From Pristiophorus japonicus (Eukaryota), in assembly GCF_044704955.1 (NCBI RefSeq), contig NC_091988.1, positions 176,452,001-176,516,000 on the forward strand: a stretch of DNA of 64,000 bases, in the 5' to 3' direction. A program made the translations under genes and the position numbers. This document shows positions 13,195 through 23,935 of this stretch, one piece after another (position 1 is the stretch's first letter; each line of letters starts with the position of its first letter). The notes beneath the pieces were generated by a model, which saw only the letters and a list, made by a program, of their open reading frames with translations, did no database searches and was not told the DNA's origin.

Positions 13195-16115
13195 TGTCAT
13201 GTATCTTACATGGCCACTGTTGGTACTATATCAAGGTGTGCCACCAGAGGGCACAGCAGTGGGAGACTTGTAGGTTACCTGTACAGGTGTGCCTGGCCTA
13301 GCATAAAAGGCAGGCCACCAGGTGTGATCCTCACTCTGGAGTTAACTAATAAAGGACTAAGGTCACTACAGTTCAAGTACAAAACATTGCCTCGGAGAGT
13401 CATTGTTAGAGCATCTAAGGACACAATAACTGGCAACGAGAATATGAACTTTCACGCGGAAATGGCTACCCTTGGTACATTGCAGCAGTCCGCCAATTGT
13501 GATGATTGGGATGCCTTTGTGGAGAGGCTAGAACACTTTTTCACAGCAAACAACCTGGCAGGAGACGACCCGGCTGCACTGGCTGATAAGCACCGCGCTA
13601 TCCTGCTAACCAGTTGTGGGCCCGATGTCTATAGCCTCGTCAGGGACTTGCTGGCACCAGCGAAGACAACGACCAAGTCATACAAGGAGCTCGTAACTCT
13701 GATACAGGAGCAACTCAAGCCCAAGAAGAACATCCTCAGAGCCAGACATTGATTCTATACCCACCGATGGCCCGAAGGCCAGGAAGTCGCGAAGTACGCC
13801 GCAGACCTCAGAAGGCTGGCGGCACCGTGCGAGTTCGGCACCCACCTTAACGAAGCACTGCGGGACATTTTTGTCATTGGAATTGGCCATGAGGGCCTTC
13901 GTCATAAGCTACTGTCGGCAGATACCACAGTCACACTGCAGAAGGCCATCTCTGTGAGCCAGGCATTCATGACCTCGACCTGCGGCTCTCGGCAGATGTC
14001 TCACCCTCAGGACTTAAACCCGGCAGGCACTGTGCACAGAGTGGCACCGTTCAGGAGCTGGACTCTAGAGCGTGAATCCTCTCAGGGAAGAGCGAACAGG
14101 CCCCTGAGTCCCTTAACTCAGAATCCGCAGAGGAGGGTTAATCGAGTAGCACCATGCTGGCGTTGTGGAGGGAATCACAGGGCTCACCAGTGCCGTTTTA
14201 AAGACATTGGTTGCAAAGGCTACGGCACAAAGGGCCACCTCCAGCGAATGTGTAAGAGAAATAGGATTCACTGTGTTGATGAGGAGTCCGCAGATGGCCA
14301 TGAATCCAGCGTGGATTAGGAATTGTTAGACAGAGAGGCAGCCCAGTCCCACAGGGAGGTACATAGCATGTTTACCTGCACCAACAAGTGCTCCCTGCTG
14401 AAGATGGAAGTCGAGATAGAGGGAAGTCCAGTCTTCATGGAAGTGGATACGGGGGCGAGCCAGTCAGTGATGAATCAAGGAGCCTTTGAGAGGCTATGGG
14501 ACAATCCGGCTGAATGACCTGAATTGGCCCCGGTCCAGGCAAAACTGCGACCTACACCAATGAAATCATCCCAGCCGTTGGTAGTGTGAATGTAAAGGTA
14601 CTCCATGATGGCGCGGTGCACAAGTTACCTCTGTGGATTGTTGCAGGTGATGGACCAACGCTGCTCGGCAGACGGTGGATGGAGAAGATCCAGTAGAAGT
14701 GGGAAGATTTCAGCCCTCCAGCGATCGAAGCCCTCTGCACTCAGAGGCACAGTAAGCCCTCACCTGAGGGTAGACCCAGCACCGGTGAGCTGACCAGCAC
14801 GGCACCCGAGACACAGACCGCTCAGCACGACTGCGTGGAGAGGATCCAGCTGAGACGACCCGAACGCACCTGCCAGGCCCGAGTGCCAGGACTCAGGAGG
14901 GAGAAAATCGGATCCAGCAGCAACTTCCCAAAATAACCCGGGGAGGAGAGGATCACCATAATCGACATCGTGGATGAAGAAAAGATGGCGCCCGCACCAC
15001 GAGTCGATGCGCTGAAGACAAAGATGGCCGTGGCCTGACCACGAGGTTCAGCGCTGATGGAGCAACACATGGCACCAAATGGAGAAGCGGATTGGAGTAA
15101 AGCAAGAAAGGCTCTCTTAAAGGAGGCCAGCAACCCACTACGATTAAAGGTACAGTTCCACACAATTAAGCATGCTTTAAACAAGAATTGTAAGTTAGAG
15201 ACTAAAAGTGTAACTGACCATGTAAAATGTGTAACTGATAATTGGAATTGTTACACGCAACCAACGAGGAAAAGTCGCGCAATAGTGATTGGACCCCTCG
15301 AGTGTCCATCATAAGCAAAGAAAAGCTGTGCAATGCAGGATTCCCACCGCACGCAGCCAATGCAGCGGGCAGATACCCATCGGGTGCACATAGGTTCAGC
15401 AAGCTACCCAATGCTGTAGCCTGTGTCCCGGGGACCAGAGTCATGCACCACGAAGTGTGGCCACAGCAGCCAACACACACGAGCTGCGAAGCAAGCGACC
15501 TCAGCAGGGCAAAGGCACCGGTGGTGATACCATGCCCTGGGTCGGCTCCATCTCTCAGGCAATCGATGGCACCAACTGTCACGAGCTTGAAGGAGCAAAC
15601 TGCACTAAGGCCATACTCCTAGATGTAGGGTCACCCGCCACTGTTTCCCCAGAGGAAACAAGCACCAGCCAGGATCTCAAACCAAGCGATGCTCAGGCCA
15701 GCGAGTCAGCAGTTCGCTGTACACTGCTCGACGACAGCTCCTCAGGGAGCAGCTTGGGATCCAGGACATTAAGAAAGGACATCTGTGAACCTGCCTGATG
15801 CTAGGGACCACGGTAACAGCCCCGAGAGCAGGCTACGCAAGTCTACCGGCTCCCCACTGCCAGCACCGGGCACTGAACCGCCACCAGACTGCAGGGACAC
15901 TACCCAGTAGCTCCGGAACTAGCTTGTCCTTCCGCACAGGTCATCGCATCGACAAAGCATCTAATGCTCTTGTCGCACCACGGAACCACACGCAAAAAAA
16001 AAATGCAAAACCCACTTACCTGAACTTGAACGTACATGCATACCAGGAGCCCCCGCTACACCAAACATGGGAGGGGGGTTGAATGGAGTGGTCAGGAACA
16101 CACACACACAAACAG
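13195..16115 (+). mobile_element. Gypsy-like LTR element B (relative of A, opposite orientation, 3' LTR missing)
   Basis: LTR 13195-~13428 starting TGTCATGTAT; PBS TGGCAACGAG; gag from 13462 with stops; protease MEVDTGAS at ~14440; post-protease region homologous to A. Confidence 0.85.
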
Positions 16116-17393
16116 CAACTGGAGGGATGAAGTCTTCCCAGTACCCATCCATCTTCTTCCAAGTGGCGTTGGTCCATCACCTGAAGCAATCCACAATGGT
16201 AATATGTGCACCGCACCATCATGGGATACACTTGCATCTGCACTACCAACAACTGATATCAATTCCTTGGTGTAGGTGCACAGCTTTGCCTGAACCGGGA
16301 CTAGCTTGGGTCGTTCAGCTTGATCGTTCCATAGCCTCTCAAAAGCTTTCTGGCTCATTACTGACTGACTCACCCCCGTGTCCACTTCCATGAAGACTGG
16401 AACGCCATTTATCTCGACTTCCATTATCACTGGAAGACAATCTGTGGTGCAGGTATATACTCCATACATTTCATCCTGGGACTGAGCGGCCTCTCTAGCT
16501 ATCTCCTCATAATCCACGCTGGATTTATAGCCATCTGCTGACTCCTCTTCCATGTGGTGAATCACAGCTCTTTTGCACATTCGCTGGAGGTGGCCCTTTG
16601 TGCTACAGCCTTTGCACACATAGTCTCTGAACCGACACTGATGAGCCCTGTGATTACCTCTGTAACGCCAGCATGGTGCTACCCGACTTACGTTTGCACC
16701 CCTCGGCGGACTCTGAGTTAAAGGACTCAGGGGCCTGTATGCTCTGCCCTGGGCACATTCACGTTCAACAGTTCTGCCTGTGAAAGGCGCCATTCTATTT
16801 ACAGTACTTGCCAGGTTTGAGTCCTGAGTGTGAGTCATCATCTGCTTGGAGCTGCGGCTTGAGGTCATGAACGCCTGGCTGATGTTGATGGCCTTCTGCA
16901 GAGTGACGGTGGTTTCGGCAGACAGTAGCCTGTGAAGGAGGGCCTCATGACTGATGCCAATTACGAAGACATCCCGCAACGCATCGGCGAGGGATGCGCC
17001 AAATTCATACGGTCCTTCCAGCCTCCTGAGATTGGCAGCATACTTCGCGATTTCCTGGCTCTCGGGGCGGTGGTGTGTATAAAATTGATGCCTGACCATG
17101 AGGATGCTCTCCTTCTGTTTGAGTTGGTCCCGAATTAGCACTTTCAGCTCCTCGTATGACTTGGTCGTTGTTTTCTCTGGTGCCAGCAAGTCCCTGACGA
17201 GGCCGTAGACCGCGGGCCCACAACTGGTCAACAGGATAGCTCTGCGCTTATCTGCCAGCGTGGTCGGATCATCGCCTACCAGGTCGTTTGCTACGAAATA
17301 TTGGTCGAGCCGCTCCGTAAAGGCTTCCCAATCTTCACCTTCTGAGAGCTTTTCTAATGCACCAACGTTAGTCATTTTTGTGTGAAAGTTCAT
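16092..17393 (-). CDS. Element A Gag-protease ORF (largely intact)
   Basis: EDWEAFTERLDQYF..N, two CCHC-type knuckles (CWRY..NH..HQC; CKGC..KGH..RMC), protease MEVDTGVS and LGRRW. Confidence 0.85.
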   Translation of the reverse strand: MNFHTKMTNVGALEKLSEGEDWEAFTERLDQYFVANDLVGDDPTTLADKRRAILLTSCGPAVYGLVRDLLAPEKTTTKSYEELKVLIRDQLKQKESILMVRHQFYTHHRPESQEIAKYAANLRRLEGPYEFGASLADALRDVFVIGISHEALLHRLLSAETTVTLQKAINISQAFMTSSRSSKQMMTHTQDSNLASTVNRMAPFTGRTVERECAQGRAYRPLSPLTQSPPRGANVSRVAPCWRYRGNHRAHQCRFRDYVCKGCSTKGHLQRMCKRAVIHHMEEESADGYKSSVDYEEIAREAAQSQDEMYGVYTCTTDCLPVIMEVEINGVPVFMEVDTGVSQSVMSQKAFERLWNDQAERPKLVPVQAKLCTYTKELISVVGSADASVSHDGAVHILPLWIASGDGPTPLGRRWMGTGKTSSLQLLFVCVCS

Positions 17394-18059
17394 AATCTCG
17401 TCACCAGTTGTTAAGTCTTTAATATTCTTATGAATGACTACTCGAGGTCTAGTATTGTACTTGAGCTGTTGTGACCTTAGTCCCATTTATTGTAACTCCA
17501 GAGTGAGGCACAAGCATGGTAGGCAGCCTTTTATACTGAGCCCTGTACACCTATGCAGGTGACCCTCAGGTCTCCCACCGCAGTGCCTTCTGGTGGCACA
17601 CCTTATGTGACTATACAGTTAGTATACATGGTCTACATACATGACAGTCAGCAAGAGCAATCGGAGTGAAGCAGCCACCATCTGCAACCAAAGACCCCGT
17701 CCCGACTACTAGCTGGCTGCGGCAGCATCGGAATTTTGCCAAAAAGAACAGGCCACATATGTAATAAATAAGATCTGTCTGTTCACGGACAAGGTATAAA
17801 ATCTTTGCTGCTGAATGCCTTTCCTTGAATACACTGTGAATAATGAATGCATTTGTAATTTTAAAAATCACTGTTTTAGAAAAGTGCACACTCTGCCCCA
17901 TAATAATTTTTATAATAAAGTGAAGTAGGGAAAGTGATGTGTGTTGCAGTAGGAGATCATCTAGCAAATGGTGGCCACAACATAAGTCGGTTTAAAGTAA
18001 TTATGGTAAAAGACCAGAAAATATTGACGGTAAAAATGCTGAACTGGGGATCAGCTCAT

Positions 18060-19450
18060 TTCAATGATCTGGTCCAGATGGAATGCATCCTCTGTTGCTG
18101 AAGGAAGCTAAGGTTGAAATAGCAGAGGCATTGGTCACAATCTCTCCATTCTCATTGAATAAAGAAATGGTATTATACCACTTTTCAAGCAAGGGGAGAG
18201 GAGTAAACAAGGAAACTATAGGCCAGCCAGCTGAGCATTGGTGCTGGGGAAATTATTGGAAACCATTATCAGCGACAAAATCAACTTTCATTTGGAAAGG
18301 CATGGGTCAATCCAGGAGAGCCAGCATGGATTTGTTAAAGGTAAATTGTTTCTGACTAACTTGATTGAATTCTTTGATGATGTAACAGAGAAGGTTGATC
18401 AAGGTAGTGCAGTAGATGTTGTACATATGGACTTGTGAAGGCATTTGACAACGTGCCACATCGGAGGCTTGTTAAGAAGATGGAAGCCCATGGAATTAAG
18501 GGAAAGTGACAATATGGATAAGGAATTGGCTCAGTGACAGGAAGCAAAGGATGGTGGGAGATTGATGTTTCAGACTGGGCGATGGTTTACAGTGGTGTTT
18601 CCAAAGGATCACTTTTGGTTCCATTATTCTTCACAATTTTTATAAATGACCTAGACTCGGCTGTAGCGAGCAGCATTTATCAAATTTGCAGATGATACGA
18701 CACTTGGCAAAGTAGTAGAATGTGATGAGGCTAGTTATAGGCTTTCGGGTAACATAGACAGGATGGTGAAGCAAGGATGCAGAAGAAGGCAGATGGAGTT
18801 CAATGCGGAGGAGTGTGAAATGATGCACTTTAGGGGGACTAATATGGAAATACTATAAATGGCACCATTTTAAAAAGTGTAGATGAGCAGAGAGACCTTG
18901 GTGTCCATATACACAAATCCTTAAAGGTGGCAGGGCAAGTTGATAAGATGGTTTAAAAAAAAGATTATGAATTCATTCGGTTTATAAACAGAGAAATAGA
19001 ATATAAAAGCAAAGAGATCATGCTAGAACTTTATAAGTCACTGGTTAGGCCTCTGCTGGCATATTGTGGATATTTTTGGTGACCACACTTCAGGAAAAAT
19101 GTAAAGGCTTTAAAAAGGGTACAGAGGAGGTTTACCAGGATCTTACCAGGGTTTAGGGACTTCAGTTATGAGGAGAGGTTAGAAAAGTTAAGACTGTTCT
19201 TCTTGGAACAGATGACCTATTAGAGGTTTTCAAGATGATGAGATGTTTTCATGGAGTAAATAGGGAAAAGATATTCCCTCTGGCAAGTGAGTCAATAACG
19301 AGAGGTCATAGATTCAAAATCATTGGCAAAATATCTAGAGGGGAGATGAGGAGAATTTTGTTCACCAGAGAGTTGTCAGGAGCCATCTGAAAATGTGTTG
19401 GAAGCTAATTCCATCAATAATTTTAAGAGGGAGTTGAACAGGTAAGTGAG
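18060..19450 (+). mobile_element. Degraded CR1 RT region and 3' end
   Basis: SQHGFVKGKLFLTNLIEFFDDVT, KFADD remnant, CR1 C-terminal motifs. Confidence 0.8.
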
Positions 19451-19572
19451 GATGAGGAACTTAGAGCGTTAAGAACAAAACACTTATGATGAATTCAACT
19501 ATGTTTGCCTCTTACGGGAGATTTCAATATGTCTCATTCAGTTTTGCTTTAAACTGGACATTCATCTTCCTG

Positions 19573-19845
19573 TGGATAAAGGGTAAGCCATTTAGGACTG
19601 AGATGAGGAGAAACTTCTTCACTCAGAGAGTTGTTAACCTTTGGAATTCCCTGCCGCAGAGAGTTGTTGATGCCAGTTCATTGGATATATTCAAGAGGGA
19701 GTTAGATATGGCCCTTACGGCTAAGGGGATCAAGGGGTATGGAGAGAAAGCAGGAAAGGGGTACTGGGAATGATCAGCCATGATCTTATTGAATGGTGGT
19801 GCAGGCTCGAAGGGTCGAATGGCCTACTCCTGCACCTATTTTCTA
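19573..19845 (+). mobile_element. Young CR1 3' end
   Basis: FRTEMRRNFFTQRVVNLWNSLP plus 3' UTR nearly identical to 44360-44645. Confidence 0.85.
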
Positions 19846-19927
19846 TTGCTAAGACACACGTTGGGAGTTATGGAATTACATTTCCTTGTCTTTCTACTGA
19901 AGGTTATACTTGCTTTAAAGGGATAGA

Positions 19928-20400
19928 AGAACATAAGAATATAAGAAATAGGAGCAGGAGTAGGCTATTCGGCCCCTCAAGGCTGCTCTGCCATTCAATA
20001 TCATGGCTGATCTTCAACCTCAACTCCACTTTCCTGCACTATTCTCATATCCCTTGATTCCCTTAATATCCAAACATTTATTGATCCCTGTCTTGAATAT
20101 ACTCAAAGACTGAGCCTCCACAGCCCTCCATGGCAGAGAATTCCAAAGATTCACCACCCTCTGAGTGGAAATTTCTCCACATCTCAGTTCTAAATGGCCG
20201 ACCCCTTATTCTGAGACTGTGACCCCTGGTTCTCGATTCCCAGCCAGGAGAAGCATCCTCCCTGCATCTACTCTGACAAGCCCAGTAAGAATTTTGTGCA
20301 TTTCAATGAGATCACCTCTCATTCTTCTAAACTCTAGAGAATATAGTCTAGTCTTCTCAATCTCTCCTCATAGGACAATCCCCCCATCTGTCTGGTGAAC
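19928..20400 (-). mobile_element. CR1 3' end
   Basis: AAGAACATAAGAA tail and reverse-complement CR1 C-terminus. Confidence 0.8.
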
Positions 20401-21109
20401 CAGAGCACAAGCATACTAAAACATGGAAATATAACTGTAAGCATCTAAGTAATAGTTAGAACTAAAATGTTGTAGAAACCACATTCGTGTTGATGTAAAG
20501 ACATCTCTTGAGCAGCAGAAACACTAATCATTTAGCCCCATTTCTCAGTAGAGTGAACCATGGTTGGATATCCTTATGTAATAATGACATGTTGGCATTC
20601 TGGGCTGATTTTTAAATGGCTTCGGTTTACTCCATGCAGTTTTATATCATCAAATTGCTAATTGTTTAATTTCATATAAGCTTTTGCCCTTATTGAATAC
20701 AGCTGGAAATCATTATTTGGATCAGAGATTAAGTTTATGATACTCTGTGCCAGAAAGACACACTGACCCTGATTTAATTTTGCTGTAAAGTCACTAGGAA
20801 AATGCACAGATCCAATGCTCCCAGCAGGGCTTTGCACTCAAAGGGGACACAGAACAACACCATGTTATTGTAGACCCTATTTCTGATCCACGCTTCTTGA
20901 GTGCAGATCCCGACTGGGACTGCAGGTTTGATACACTGATCCGACTTTTGCATTATTTTGCATCATCTTTGCTGCATATTGTCGTTATGTTCATTTATAT
21001 TGCAGCATAAAAGCCACTGGAGCGCCAACCAATTGTATTGCCAACTGAGTTAAATAGTTTAAATCATATTTTCAAACTTTTACTGTATCATCACAACAGG
21101 TTCAAACAC

Positions 21110-21345
21110 TGGATTATGCATTCGGACTTCCTCCTGTGACAAGGAAAACATTGAGCTACTGCTCCAGGAAGTAGAAGAGAGATGGGAGCTTCTGTTCTCT
21201 TCATCTGGAAAGAATGTAAGCAAGATTTTGGGCAGCAAAGCATGGCAGAATGTGGCAGATTCTATAACTGCAGCAAGCATGGTGCAGAGGATCTGGCTAC
21301 AATGCAGCAAAAAATTAAGCAACTTGACCAGAAGGGGAAAGATAG
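21110..21345 (+). pseudogene. Myb/SANT-like DNA-binding domain remnant (Harbinger ORF2 type)
   Basis: Manual translation IELLLQEVEERWELLFSSSG...KAWQNVADSITAASMVQRIWLQCSKKLSNLTRRGK. Confidence 0.65.
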
Positions 21346-22340
21346 GAGAGGATCTCTGATCTGTTATAGAGAGAAACACTGTCCAGCACTTGAACCAAAC
21401 TACCCTCATAGACACTGCAAGCCATTTTGGAAAGTCATCAGATATACCCGCCACCACCACATCTGACACTGAGAGAACTTTGCAACCCACATACCGTATG
21501 CCCACCACAGCCCAGCAAGAAAAGCTTATAGCACTTTTGCTTGTATCATTAGCTTCTTCCCTCAGCATCCTCCCCTAGAATGTCTCGGGTAAACTCTTAA
21601 GCGCAGGGAAGGCAGTCTTTCCCCAAAGAATCTCAAAAATTAATCAATTGTTGCATTTGTTAGCCTATAACAAGTGGCAGAGGTTCATGACTGAAGGTGG
21701 AATGGCTACAATTCATGAAAGCTTTTGAAAATAGGGCTCTCCAAATATAGGGGCACTATCTGGAGATGGAAGTGAGAATAGCTGGGGGGGAAGCTCCTGG
21801 TGAAGAGTTGGTGCATTTCCATGTGATCTGCTTTAATATCCCAAGTGCCATAATTCCAAGAAAGAAACTCATGATATCCATTCAATGTATATCCACAAAT
21901 TTTCTGAAGCTACCAGCTGTGATCCTTCTAATGCTTCTCTCTTTTTTTTATGTCTCCTCAAGTGCAGGTGGCCAATCAAGTCAGGCTCTTCCACAGCGAC
22001 AACTCCAAGTATCTCACCACGGACTCTATCACATCCACCTGAACTTCAAGCACCAGCAGAAGTCCAACCACACTAGAGGATTTAGGTAGTGATTTACTGT
22101 GGAGCATAAATGATGGTGCACAAAGCGTATAAGATGTTAAACTGAGTGTCTTCCCAGGCAGATGTAAAAGATTCAATGGCACTATTTGAAGAGAACAAGG
22201 GAGTTCTCCCAGTGTCCTGGCCAACATTTATCCCTCAACATTACAAACAAATTACCTGCCCATTTATGTCATTGATGTTTGTAGGACCATCCTGTGTTCA
22301 AATCTGCTCCATTATTTCCCTACATTACAACAGTGACTAT

Positions 22341-23935
22341 GGGCCCAAGTTTCGAGCCGCGCCTAGAACGGCGCAGTCCCGACCTGGACGCCCGTTTTTC
22401 GCGCCACAAAGTGCGCCTAAAAAAACCCTCCAGATTCTCCAGCTTCCTGCAGGTCCTCTGGCCCTCGACGCAGCGCAGCAGGAGCTGTAGGGGGCGGAGC
22501 CAGGTCCCTGCGCTGAAAACAGTGCCGGGACCTCTGCACATGCACGCTACAGTGGGCACACAAGTGCAGTAGCTCCTGGCGCCCGAAACTGTGTGGGAGG
22601 GGCCCGAAGCACGCAGCCCCTAGCCCTGGCCCAATGGCCTCACTGGGGCTGCGTGAATAAGGCTCCTCCCACGGCCAGCTCCTGCTTCCTCCCGACCCGA
22701 CTCGACTCCCGCTTCCCCCCCCCTCCGCTCCCGCCCCCGGAGCGGACCGGACCCGACTCCCGCTTCCCCCTGCCTCCGGACCGGACCGGACCCGACACCC
22801 GTTTCCACACCCACCCCCCCCCGGACCGGACCCAACTCCCGCTTCCCCCCGCCTCCGGACACGACCCGACTCCCGCTTCCCCCCCGCCCCCCACCCCGGA
22901 CTGGATCCGACCTGACCTCCCTCCCCCCCGACCTGACCTCCCTCTCCCTCCCTCCCCCCGACCCGAACCGAAACGAACCGACCTCCCTCCCACCACCCCA
23001 CTGACCCGCGCTTCCCGCGACCCGACCCAACGCCACCTACCTGTAAATCTGGTGCTGGGGACGGGCCCTGCCCGAAGTCTCGGACCCGGCCCGTTCCGCC
23101 TCCCTCCCCCTTCTCCTTCCCCCCCCGCCAATCTCCTTCCCCCCCCCCAATCTCCTTCCCCCCCCAATCTCCTTCCCCCCCATCTCCTTCCCCCCATCTC
23201 CTTCCCCCCATCTCCTTCCCCCCATCTCCTTTCTCCCCCTTCTCCCCCTTCCCTCCCTCTGCTCCCCCCCTCTCTCCCTCTACCCCCCTCCTCCCCCTCC
23301 CCTCGCTGTCAGAAACACAGACACTGACAGACAGAGAATGAGAGACACACACAGACAGACAGAGAGATAGAGACACTGACAGAGACACACTGAGGGGGGC
23401 ATCCCAGCACGCTGTTGGAGGGCTCCCGGTGCTGCAGTCGGTAAGTAGAAAATGTTTTATTTATTGATTTAAAAAAAAAAATTCTTATTAATTTTTTTTG
23501 ATTGATTTATTGGTTGATTTATTGATGTATTTATCATTTATTATTGATGATGGATCTTTATTTGTAAAACTGAAGTGTTTAATGTTTGTAAACTTTCCTT
23601 TAAACACCCCCCCCCCGCCCATTCCCTACACCTGATTTGTAACCTACACCTGATTTTCTAAAGTGTAGACAAGATTTTTTCGAGCGTACAAAAATCTTCA
23701 CTTACTCCATTCTAAGTTAGTTTAGAGTAAGTTTTCACTGACGAAACTTTGAAAACAGGCGTAAGTGGCCGGACACGCCCTCTTTTGAAAAAAAAAATTC
23801 TGTTCCAAAGTGAAACTGTTCGAACTGACTAGAACTGGAGCAAACTAAATGACGAGAATTCCGATTTCTAAGATACTCCGTTCTACACCAGTTGCTCCTA
23901 AAAATCAGGAGCAAATCATGTGGAAACTTGGGGCC
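22341..23935. mobile_element. Non-autonomous TIR DNA element (Harbinger-like) with GC-rich internal repeats
   Basis: TIRs GGGCCCAAGTTTC / GAAACTTGGGGCC; flanks TAT/TGT; right ~500 bp homologous to 27850-28313. Confidence 0.85.
22690..23392 (+). repeat. C-rich tandem repeats (CCCGACTCCCGCTTCCCCCC-type; ~15-bp CCCCCATCTCCTTC) and AG/AC microsatellite
   Basis: Directly visible repeated units. Confidence 0.85.

Larger units (their letters stand above)
11722..17646 (-). mobile_element. Gypsy-like LTR element A (gag-protease plus unknown ORF; no RT/RH/IN seen), interrupted by element B
   Basis: 5' LTR 17409-17646 (TGTCATG...TAACA) followed by PBS TGGTGACGAG; near-identical partial 3' LTR 11722-11866 preceded by PPT TTGGGGGGAAGTGA. 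Confidence 0.85.

Noticed and set aside
22417-23388. Gly/Pro-rich ORFs (up to 323 aa), likewise at 27101-27847
   Set aside because: Translations of C-rich tandem repeats inside TIR elements
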